Below, piece after piece: positions 20,599 to 29,472 of a stretch of 32,000 nt of DNA; the first letter of the stretch is position 1, and every line of letters starts with the position of its first letter. The stretch is from Xylella taiwanensis (GTDB taxonomy: Bacteria; Pseudomonadota; Gammaproteobacteria; Xanthomonadales; Xanthomonadaceae). The notes beneath the pieces were generated by a model that saw nothing but the letters and a program-made list of their open reading frames with translations, made no database searches and had not been told where the DNA came from. Where the stretch lies: NCBI RefSeq assembly GCF_013177435.1, contig NZ_CP053627.1:1710001-1742000 (forward strand). The letters are read 5' to 3'. Position numbers and translations under genes: made by a program.

Positions 20599-20826
20599 TT
20601 GGTTCCACTTCCATTGCACCCCGAAAACGTCGCGCTGATCGTGGTTGATCTGCAACCTGATTTCATACCCGGCGGGGCATTTGCGTGCGACCCAGGAGCG
20701 TCCATCGTGCCTGAAATCGCTGCACTCTGCGATGCACGCCGGATACCACACCATCGTTGCAACCCAGGACTGGCACCCGGCCGACCCAGCCTCGTTCACC
20801 TCGCGGCATCCCGCACACCATCCCTT
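20599..20826 (+). pseudogene. pncA: Nicotinamidase / isochorismatase-family (PncA-like) remnant, frameshifted and 3'-truncated
   Basis: Frame 1 reads ALIVVDLQPDFIPGGAF..IVPEIAAL. The match then continues in frame 2 as HTIVATQDWHPADPASFTSRHP. Only about 75 of roughly 210 expected residues are present, there is no ATG (TTG at 20599), and the sequence runs straight into the stop of the convergent ligase gene. Confidence 0.7.
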
Positions 20827-22473
20827 TCAGCACGCCAACTGTTGTGCCGCCCACACCGCCAGGTGTTCACGTCCAATCTTGGCGTTATGACGGATATCGA
20901 CCGGAAACCCGGGATGGCTTAGAACATCAGCAATAGCGACGGTGTGCAGAGACGCCCTTGCAGTGACACGCAAACGCTGCTCCAACGCAGCCGCATCCAC
21001 GCCTGGCAGCGCCTCGTAGCACAACACCGGGCGCTGCGCGCCAAGCGCACCGATACCCACCAGCGCGGTACGGCGCACACCGTTGATGACATTGAAAACA
21101 GGCTCGACCTGCTCGGTATACAACGGTCCGTGCACTGTCTCCACGCGATGTGTCTTGCGCCCACAGAACCACAAGCGGCGCTGCGCATCAAAGTAACCGA
21201 GGTCTCCCATGCGATGCACAATACGCTCACTGCCATCGGCCAAACGCTCTCGAATCTTGGCGAGGCGCGTCGCTGCTGTACGGTTGCAGTAGGTATCAGT
21301 GGCGCTAGGGCCAACGACAGTAATCTCACCGATCTCCCCCAGGCCGACTTCACGCACTGCATCCCACGCTTCAATGACCGCATCGTCAATCGCAATGATA
21401 CGTACCAGGTTTGGTGCCATCACATGACCAACGCACGTCCCAGCACCACGCTCAGTGGCAGCACGCGTGGTTTCCAATTCACGGCTCTCCACAACCGCGA
21501 CCGGCAAACATTCGGTGGCCCCATAGGGCGTCCAGAATTGCGCGTCTTCGGGCAATAGCGCGCGTATCTGTGCCACCACTTCCGGGGGCACCGGAGCACC
21601 CGCCGAGGTCACGCAACGCAACGTTGGCAACGGCCTGCCGTACTCGGCCAAGACCCGCAGCAACGCAGGTGAACCAAACAAATGGCTCACATTGAAACGT
21701 GCGATTGCATCATGCAGCTTGCGTGGATCCGCCCGGGCCGGACATCTGGGATCCATATCCGGAATGATGCTGGTTAAACCCAGTGCTGGACTGAACAACG
21801 CAAACGGAGGAAAGGTTGGCAAGTCTACCCCTCCGGGCACAATGCCAAGCATGTCTCGCAACAAAGCAATCTGACCGAGAAAGTGACGGTGACGATACAC
21901 CACTCCCTTAGGCACGCCTGTTGAGCCACTGGTGAACAGAATCGCTGCAATCTCATCAGCCGTCGTATCGGCCAGTTGGGCACCTGCGCCTACGCCAGCA
22001 CGCTCCAGGCGCGCCAGCGTGGTGCCGCCACACGCCCACCGGGTATCGACGGTGACAATCCGTGTGACGGAAGGTGCCCAACGCAACAAACGCCGTGCCA
22101 GTTGTGCTAGCAAGATACCGATGAATGCCTGAGGTTCGGCCTCTTTCAAGCATTGTTTCAAGGCGGATCGATCGATCCCCGGATCCACGAGTACCGGTAC
22201 CGCGCCAGCCTTGAACAGGGCAAACATCAGCAAGAAAAATTCCAGCGAAGGCCGCACCATAACCACGGTACGCACCCCGCGGCCGATGCCATAACCGCTA
22301 AAGCCAGCCGCGATCGCATCGCTGCGCATGTCTAATTCACGATAGCTGAGGGTCACGTCATAAGCCGCCATACCACCAGAAACATGACGCCCCGGACAGC
22401 GAATCGCAATTTGGTCGGGGCGTTCGCGTGCCAAACGCGGCAGCACTGCAGCGATGTTACAAGGCTCTATCAT
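20827..22473 (-). CDS. AMP-dependent synthetase/ligase (ANL superfamily), OleC / beta-lactone-synthetase-like fatty-acid ligase family
   Basis: 548 aa with adenylation motifs LFTSGSTGVPKG, YGATE and GDLGYFD and a C-terminal FPVDIRHNAKIGRE. The OleC-like subfamily call is from memory of Xanthomonas OleC and is unverified. Confidence 0.85.
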   Translation of the reverse strand: MIEPCNIAAVLPRLARERPDQIAIRCPGRHVSGGMAAYDVTLSYRELDMRSDAIAAGFSGYGIGRGVRTVVMVRPSLEFFLLMFALFKAGAVPVLVDPGIDRSALKQCLKEAEPQAFIGILLAQLARRLLRWAPSVTRIVTVDTRWACGGTTLARLERAGVGAGAQLADTTADEIAAILFTSGSTGVPKGVVYRHRHFLGQIALLRDMLGIVPGGVDLPTFPPFALFSPALGLTSIIPDMDPRCPARADPRKLHDAIARFNVSHLFGSPALLRVLAEYGRPLPTLRCVTSAGAPVPPEVVAQIRALLPEDAQFWTPYGATECLPVAVVESRELETTRAATERGAGTCVGHVMAPNLVRIIAIDDAVIEAWDAVREVGLGEIGEITVVGPSATDTYCNRTAATRLAKIRERLADGSERIVHRMGDLGYFDAQRRLWFCGRKTHRVETVHGPLYTEQVEPVFNVINGVRRTALVGIGALGAQRPVLCYEALPGVDAAALEQRLRVTARASLHTVAIADVLSHPGFPVDIRHNAKIGREHLAVWAAQQLAC

Positions 22474-23448
22474 GTGTTGAATTATGGTCGATTACCTGCA
22501 CGTGGCTTGTTTGCTTACACACAGACTCTCTGGCAAATAGCAACTCAACACGCACCGCACCATGTCACACGTGGCCCATGAACACTCAGTGGCACGCTCT
22601 ATCAACACCGTGCACCAGGCAATATCGCCGGTATGCATTCTCGAATATTGAATGCACAAGACACCGATTTTATGTTCGACCATCCTGCCCTTCCACAGCC
22701 CATGCTCTACGATCACAGCAACAACGTTGTCATCATTAGCAAAAGATACCTGTTGTCAAACAGGCTGGTTCGCACACTGAAGTATATGTGCGAGCTGCTC
22801 CAAGCACAGCTAAACATAAGAATGGTTGCGCAATCGCGCGTGCTGGATTGTGCTGCGAACCCGCTGATCGAGCCTCGAGCCTACTCCTTGTCCACAACGC
22901 ACGAAGTATGTGTGACTAAGCACTCGCAGGTGCACCGCTGCTCGCAGAGAGCCCACATCAACCAAGCACACATCTGTGAAATAAATTTACTCTGCCTGCA
23001 ATGATGAGGAATCGGTCAAAATGGAAGCCGGCTTACACCACATCACACATGCGCTGGTATCTGTGTGATTGCAAGCTGACCTAGCCTCACAGGCAGCAAT
23101 CTACTCAGTCCGGAATACGGAGTGGCTAGCATCCTGGGATACCACTGAAATGACGCAACACAGAAGTCATCCATACGTATACCTTAATAACGCGCCAAGC
23201 CCAGTGATGCTACCAGAGGCCGTTATACATCCGACTCATCCAATACGTAGCCATCCATGAGAGAGCTTCTAAGAAGTTGCAAGCGATCTTTCTATGAATC
23301 GTGGCGCTCCCAGAGTCCTCTTTGAACCGTACGACGCAACTGTCCTGACACAGACACACGTTGATGTGTAAGCATGACCTGAGTCGGTTTACTGAGCGAA
23401 CCGCAGGATGACAGCCAAGTCTGCTCGTGTTGAATATGGAACAAGATC

Positions 23449-23793
23449 CTACTTCCAGCCTCGATGCTTGATGTCCAAATACAAGCTGTAGAACGCTGTG
23501 AATGCTGGTAACAAGTTCTGTAATACGCCTACCGAATCCCGCTTGGCTGAAAACATGAAGTAACTCAGTGTCATTAAGCTGCCGAGCACGCTCATGTACC
23601 AAAACAGACGTGGAATCACTGGCCTGCCAGCACGCTTCGAAGCCAAAAACTGGATGACCCAACGTCCACCAAACATCAAAGCACCGCTATAACCGATCAG
23701 CTTCCAACCGGTGACATGCAATCCGGTCCAAGCCAGCCACTGCAACTGCGCGTTCAACTCATCACTCCACACGTCAACATTCCTGAGCATCAA
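23449..23793 (-). CDS. Lipid-A-disaccharide synthase N-terminal (LAB_N) domain membrane protein
   Basis: 114 aa with about 3 TM segments. The pattern GWKLIGYSGALMFGGRWVIQFLASKRAGRPVIPRLFWYMSVLGS matches the LAB_N family pattern. Its start overlaps the upstream GT2 stop by about 20 nt. Confidence 0.8.
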   Translation of the reverse strand: MMLRNVDVWSDELNAQLQWLAWTGLHVTGWKLIGYSGALMFGGRWVIQFLASKRAGRPVIPRLFWYMSVLGSLMTLSYFMFSAKRDSVGVLQNLLPAFTAFYSLYLDIKHRGWK

Positions 23794-24496
23794 TGCATGT
23801 GCTACGTGCCATCAACCATGCCACACCATACAGATCACGGATGCCTACCAAGGCACGATGGAGATTGTTGTACTTGGACACCCCAGAAACACGAGGACGG
23901 TGACTCACCGGGACATTGGCGGTTTCCCAGCCAGCGCGCTGCATCAACGCTGGCAGGAAACGATGCATATGATCGAAGTACGGGAGTTCCAAGAACGCCG
24001 CACGTTCGAACAGCTTGATACCGCAACCGGTATCCGGTGTGTCATCACGCAGCAGGCGTGCCCGGATCGTATTCGCCCATTTGCTCGCCCAGCGCTTGGA
24101 ACTTGAATCTTGACGATAGAGGCGCCAACCGTTGAATAGCCTCACCAACGGTTCAGCCACTTCGCGTGCAGCCAATAGTTTGAGGATGTCGGACGGGTCG
24201 TTCTGGCCGTCACCATCCAGGGTGACCACCCAAGGCGCACGCGCAACCTTCACTCCGTTGCGTATCGCCGTGCTTTGCCCCGCTCGGGCAGCATGGTGGA
24301 ACACGCGCAGTTCCGGAGTGGAGACCTTTAATCCTTGCAACACAGAGAGCGAGTCGTCTTTTGAATTGTCATCAACATATACAATCTCAAACGCCCTCAC
24401 TCCGCGCAGTACACCAACGATCTCAGCAATCAGGGGCGCAACATTATCACGCTCATTAAATACCGGAACCACAACAGAAAGTTGCAAATCATTCAT
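23774..24496 (-). CDS. Family 2 glycosyltransferase, polyprenyl-phosphate sugar synthase-like (DPM1 / ArnC / RgtE-like)
   Basis: It contains VVVPVFNERDNV, VYVDDNSKD and TLDGDGQNDP motifs. I start it at ATG 24496 (MNDLQLSVVVP) because the Cys-rich 19-aa extension in the ORF track is unlikely to be real. Confidence 0.85.
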   Translation of the reverse strand: MNDLQLSVVVPVFNERDNVAPLIAEIVGVLRGVRAFEIVYVDDNSKDDSLSVLQGLKVSTPELRVFHHAARAGQSTAIRNGVKVARAPWVVTLDGDGQNDPSDILKLLAAREVAEPLVRLFNGWRLYRQDSSSKRWASKWANTIRARLLRDDTPDTGCGIKLFERAAFLELPYFDHMHRFLPALMQRAGWETANVPVSHRPRVSGVSKYNNLHRALVGIRDLYGVAWLMARSTCIDAQEC

Positions 24497-24576
24497 GGGA
24501 CATCTATCGCTGCAAGCACTACGGAAGAAAAAAGCAATGCATTTTCGGCACACTTCAATCGATTGAAATCAGTACA

Positions 24577-25542
24577 TTAGAAACGTGCACCAAAGTAGCG
24601 ACGGCACCAATCCACCACCTGCGGCAAACCGATCTCAATCGGTGTGACCGGTTCGAATCCAAACGCGGTGCGTGCCGAGGCAATATCTGCCATTGTGGTG
24701 GTCATGTCACCCGGTTGCATTGGTTTGTAATGCTTATCAGCTTGCCTGCCAGCCGCCTGCTCGATCACCGCGATGAAATGCTCAAGTGGCACGGGAGTAT
24801 GATTACCCAAGTTGAACAGACGGTGTGGCACCGCCCGCTCACCCGGATGATCAAGCGCACCAATAACACCAGTAATAATGTCATCAATAAAAGTGAAGTC
24901 GCGCTCCATGCGACCATGGTTGAATACTTCAATGGGGCGCCCTTCCAGTACAGCACGGCTAAAGATCAACGGCGCCATGTCCGGCCGTCCCCAGGGACCA
25001 TAGACAGTAAAGAAACGCAGACCAGTGGCACGCAGCCCATAGAGTTGAGCGTAGCTATAGGCCATCAATTCGTTGGCAGCCTTTGTTGCGCCGTATAGGG
25101 AGCGTGGCTGATCCACGCGCTGCTCCTCCGAGAACGGCGGGGTCGCTGAGTCGCCATACACTGAACTGCTCGAAGCGTAAACCAAGTGCTGCACACGACA
25201 ATGCCGACATAGCTCCAACACATTGATAAAACCGACAAGATTGCTATCTACGTAGGCATACGGGTTCTCAAGCGAGTAGCGCACCCCCACCTGCGCAGCC
25301 AGATGCACAACACATTCGGGCTGAACCTCGTCAAACAGTGCCGCCAATCTATCGCGGTCGATCAAATCAAGCCTACGGATATCAATATCCGGACATAGGG
25401 CTGTAACGCGGTCACGCTTCAGCTGCGGATCGTAGTAGGCATTGTAGTTATCCAATCCGACCACCTTAGCGTTGCATGCGGCCAACGCGCGACAAATATG
25501 GGCACCGATGAAGCCAGCCGCACCTGTCACCAACACCGTCAT
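24577..25542 (-). CDS. NAD-dependent nucleotide-sugar epimerase (UDP-glucuronate 4-epimerase-like)
   Basis: It has the VLVTGAAGFIGAH Rossmann motif and YGATKAANE (YxxxK). ATG 25542 is preceded by GGAGG. The 39-aa upstream extension in the ORF track is rejected. Confidence 0.88.
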   Translation of the reverse strand: MTVLVTGAAGFIGAHICRALAACNAKVVGLDNYNAYYDPQLKRDRVTALCPDIDIRRLDLIDRDRLAALFDEVQPECVVHLAAQVGVRYSLENPYAYVDSNLVGFINVLELCRHCRVQHLVYASSSSVYGDSATPPFSEEQRVDQPRSLYGATKAANELMAYSYAQLYGLRATGLRFFTVYGPWGRPDMAPLIFSRAVLEGRPIEVFNHGRMERDFTFIDDIITGVIGALDHPGERAVPHRLFNLGNHTPVPLEHFIAVIEQAAGRQADKHYKPMQPGDMTTTMADIASARTAFGFEPVTPIEIGLPQVVDWCRRYFGARF

Positions 25543-25914
25543 TGGGATCCTCCAGATAGGCTCCAGACTCGCAGATCCATCCAACCAGCCGCCGCACAGG
25601 CGCCCATGCTTTCCATAGCAATCACGAACCCTGCAACGTGTTCTTGCACGTGACTGCAAATACCTACCATGGCCGTGGTGGTCCTCCCGGGAGGCAATAC
25701 ACGATCAACGGTAAAAGATCGATCACACATCACCATGCCAGATCCACTCCAACCACTAGGCACAGCTGCACTTGGTGGCCATAGGTGTAGCCATCATGCA
25801 GATACACCGAGATCAGGCACTGATCCTACTCGCAGCCCAGATAACAGACGATGGTGACCTTTCTTCTTCATCTCCGTATACATGGCAGCAAAATTGGGGA
25901 AGCCATAGGGGCAC

Positions 25915-26850
25915 CTAACCAGCAGCACGAGTACGTAACCTCTCCAAAACACCATCAAGGACGTCCAAGTCAGTGTAGTGGATCACTAACTTACCTTTAC
26001 CAGCACGGCCATGATTGATCGCCACCTTGGTACCCAAGCGCTCAGACAACTCAATCTCCAACGAGGCGATGTCGGGTTGAGAAGAAATACTCGCGGCGGG
26101 CTTGGCCTTCTTGTCACGGACGTCTGGCACTTTTCCAGCGGCAAACTGCTGAGCACGGTGCTCAACCTCACGGACCGACCACCCTTGGTCAACCACTTCC
26201 TTGGCCAGCTTAGTCGCCAGTTCTGGCGCCAGGGTCAACAAGGCACGCGCGTGGCCCATCTCCAACTGACGTGACTCCAGCAACGTACGGATCCCCACCG
26301 GAAGTTCAAGTAAACGTAAGAGATTAGACACCGCCGCACGTGAGCGGCCGACAGCCTCAGCAGCTTCTGCATGAGTCAACGAGAACTCATCGATCAGCCG
26401 CTGCAGTGCCTGTGCTTCCTCCAGTGGATTAAGATCTTCGCGCTGGATGTTTTCGATCAGCGCCATAGCAATCACGGTACGATCATCCAACTCGCGAACG
26501 AGCACCGGTACTTCGCTCAACCCAGCCAATTGCGAGGCGCGCCAACGGCGCTCGCCAGCAACAATCTCGAACATATCCAAAGCCAGCTCGCGCACGATAA
26601 TCGGCTGAATTACCCCCTGTGCCTTGATCGACTCAGCAAGCTCAGTCAGCTTGACATCATTCATCTCTCGTCGCGGTTGGTACTTACTGGGCTGTAACTG
26701 CGTGACTTGCAGCGTACGCAGTTCTTCGTCAGAGAACTGCTCCTCAGCAAGCGTCGGTGGCACGGAAGATCCACCCTTAGACCCAAGTAAGGCTTCAAGA
26801 CCACGGCCAAGACCACGCTTCTTGAGAGGAGGGCTGGGTTTATTCATCAA
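25915..26850 (-). CDS. parB: Chromosome partitioning protein ParB (Spo0J)
   Basis: 311 aa with the ParB box IVAGERRWRASQLAG, an HTH region and a C-terminal dimerisation region. Its start overlaps the parA stop by 4 nt. Confidence 0.95.
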   Translation of the reverse strand: MMNKPSPPLKKRGLGRGLEALLGSKGGSSVPPTLAEEQFSDEELRTLQVTQLQPSKYQPRREMNDVKLTELAESIKAQGVIQPIIVRELALDMFEIVAGERRWRASQLAGLSEVPVLVRELDDRTVIAMALIENIQREDLNPLEEAQALQRLIDEFSLTHAEAAEAVGRSRAAVSNLLRLLELPVGIRTLLESRQLEMGHARALLTLAPELATKLAKEVVDQGWSVREVEHRAQQFAAGKVPDVRDKKAKPAASISSQPDIASLEIELSERLGTKVAINHGRAGKGKLVIHYTDLDVLDGVLERLRTRAAG

Positions 26851-27668
26851 TTGGTCTCCACAACGTTAGCCTTTTTGCGGTTGTTCTGGCGGAGAATCAC
26901 TTCGTTGGCCAGACCCAAATAAGCCACGCTACCACGCGAAGCGCCGTCATAACCGACGATGCTTTGCCCGTAACTTGGAGCCTCAGCCAAGCGCACATTA
27001 CGCGGCACAATGGTCCGGAACACTTTGTCACCAAAGTGCTCGGTCAACTCAGCCGAAACGGCATTGGCCAGATTGTTTCGAATATCAAACATCGTGCGCA
27101 GAACGCCCTCAATCTCCAGCATCGGATTCAGGTTGGCGCGCAGCGCCTCGATCGTTTCTAGGAGCGCACTCAACCCTTCCAGCGCGTAATACTCGCACTG
27201 CATCGGCACAATCACCGAATCAGCTGCAGTCAGGGCATTCAATGTCAGCAGCGACAGCGCCGGCGGGCAGTCAATCAAGATAAAATCGTACTGATCACGA
27301 ATCGGTACCAACGCACGCTTAAGCCGCTGCTCACGCTCGCTTTGCTCCATCAATTGAATGGCCGCTGCAGTCAAATCGATGTTGCCAGGCAGTAAATCGA
27401 AACCTTCCGGGGCCCTGGTCCGACTCTCGGCGACACTACTTTCACCCAGCAGAACCTCACAGGTGGACGAGATCACCTCGTTCTTATCCACACCGCTGCC
27501 CATCGTCGCATTGCCCTGCGAATCAAGGTCCACCAGCAGTACACGCTTGGATGAGCGTACCAAACCTGCCGCCAGATTAATCGCTGTCGTGGTCTTACCG
27601 ACACCACCTTTTTGGTTGGCAATGGCGATGATCCTAGACATGAAAGGAGTTTTGATGAAAGGGGTCAT
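26847..27668 (-). CDS. parA: Chromosome partitioning ATPase ParA (Soj)
   Basis: It has the deviant Walker A motif IANQKGGVGKTTT. By comparison with homologues, the true start is more likely the internal ATG at 27641 (MSRIIAIANQKGG). Confidence 0.93.
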   Translation of the reverse strand: MTPFIKTPFMSRIIAIANQKGGVGKTTTAINLAAGLVRSSKRVLLVDLDSQGNATMGSGVDKNEVISSTCEVLLGESSVAESRTRAPEGFDLLPGNIDLTAAAIQLMEQSEREQRLKRALVPIRDQYDFILIDCPPALSLLTLNALTAADSVIVPMQCEYYALEGLSALLETIEALRANLNPMLEIEGVLRTMFDIRNNLANAVSAELTEHFGDKVFRTIVPRNVRLAEAPSYGQSIVGYDGASRGSVAYLGLANEVILRQNNRKKANVVETN

Positions 27669-29472
27669 TTGAACATTATGCGGGCTGGGAGGCCAATCAG
27701 GAAAATCCGGATGCCACTTCTACCAGACAGCAACTGGTTTGAGCTTTCAAGAAACAGCATTTCGAACGTCAAGTACAGTGAAGGGGAAGCCATCGCAAAA
27801 CCTAAAAGACATGTCATCTCCCAGGCCACACGGCTCCAAAAGGAAGTCGCTCTATCGCGCTCTACCACAAATAATTGAGGCCATCATCACAATGAAGCAC
27901 TGGATAATGTACGAATGAAAATGGATCGTGAGCATATATTGAAGCAATGTTCTGTAAAGTCCTTACCATCGTCCTGCAAGGATGGCGATGCATGCATCCT
28001 GTCAAGCGCTACCAGATTGTTCTGTCGTCTTACAACGTGCCCCAAACACTTCGATTTCATCCTTAAACTTCGATAAGGGTGCTTGTAAATCGATTCACGA
28101 GACTACGTTTCCGAACCTACGCGATGTTGAGTAGAGCTTCCAAGCCACTTCATTGAAAAGCCGTATCGTCTCCATTTTTCTGCCCTACACGCCTCTCCAA
28201 ACTCCAATTGGGACGCTTGTCCGTAGAAACAGTAGTTACAACGCATTCACCAATATCCAGGAATGGATGTACTGCTTTCATGCTTTCTTTTTGAAGCTCC
28301 TTCATCCCAGCCACCAGCGAGGCACCGATGCAGCTCGATACTTTATAGAAAATGGCCTGGTGATGCGCAGCTCGGTACATCGCTTCCGGCACACCAAAAC
28401 AGGAGCTGGTTGCAGTGAGTCGAAAGGTCTACGTAGAAATGCTTCTTAGAACCTTTTTACTTCTGGGCGCATTGGTTTTGTATGGGATGACGAGATCATC
28501 ATCACCAACATGGATCTGACTATTGCCACTGGATATATCTCTCGACTGATTTCCTCGTTTCCTCGGCGGAAACGGGACTGAGCCAGTGTTTTCCTGTCGT
28601 TTCAACGGTACTGCTAACACTGTTGACCTTCATCACTGCTCTGGACAGCACAGAAGTTTGAGCGGCTCACTGCTTCGGTGACGCTCAACATAGACGTAAT
28701 AGGCTTACTGATTGATGGATGCATGGGAGATCAACTCGGGCACCTCTGCAATCTGTCCCAAATTTAAGTCTTTGTGCCATGTCGCGGGATCCATTTAGAG
28801 ATTGACTAGGAGATGCCTCTATCCCCCCGCCCAGGCTGCGCATGCCGATGATCTCTGAGCGGTGTTGTGCCCGAATTGGATTTTAGGTCAACCCATGTGA
28901 TTAGGGTGAAGATCACCGTCAGTGACACTGAACGGTGGAACTGACCGGAAAGGCCATTCCACCTATGAAGCCACCCATTTCACTCAGGGCTTCGATGCAA
29001 TGGTATTGATGGGGGTTATGACTAAAGTGAATCTATTCAGCGTTACAGCCACTCGAACCAACTCCACAGGACTGCTTCACGGCTTTATGTACTGCGATCG
29101 TAAGTTAAAAATACCGTCGCACTTATCACTCATCATCCGCAGTGATCGCCTGACGTTTTCAACTTTTCCGATCCACAAAATTAAGAGATTTTCTTCATGT
29201 GCATCATGCTAATGATCTCGTATCGATACAGCCTTCACACCTTCGGATATGAGCCCGCTCTTTCAACACATTGCTCACATCATTCAAATGAAGCGTGTGT
29301 TTTCAGATCGAACAACACAGCAAACAGTCAACCAATGAAAGATCAAACGAAGAATCGATCTTAGTGCCATACATCCTGCTCATCCGCCACCGCCAGGAGA
29401 GAACATATGATCCATCCGTCGAAAGTGCTGACAGTGCTGGAGGCGGCCTAAACAGCCGCCCTATCCGTCACA

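Noticed and set aside
20827-20870. Apparent continuation of the pncA remnant (reading resembling QxLWPxHCVQ)
   Set aside because: This stretch is the reverse complement of the conserved ligase C-terminus (KIGREHLAVWAAQQLAC). The resemblance is most likely coincidental, so I end the pseudogene at 20826.
24650-24660. GGTTCGAATCC, the canonical tRNA T-loop sequence
   Set aside because: The flanking bases cannot form a T stem (accgg vs ccaaa), and no acceptor or anticodon arms are present. The sequence is in-frame coding for FGFEPV in the epimerase gene.
25683-25694. Perfect 12-bp palindrome cctcccgggagg between parB and the epimerase gene
   Set aside because: It is isolated, with no U tract, no repeated copies and no clear relation to a promoter. 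It cannot be assigned a function from sequence alone.
28225-28260. VHPFLDIGE on the minus strand, reminiscent of the Fic-domain HPFxDGNGR motif
   Set aside because: Only HPFxD matches. The GNGR part is absent in every frame, and the flanking sequence does not look Fic-like. This is insufficient evidence for a Fic or Doc remnant.
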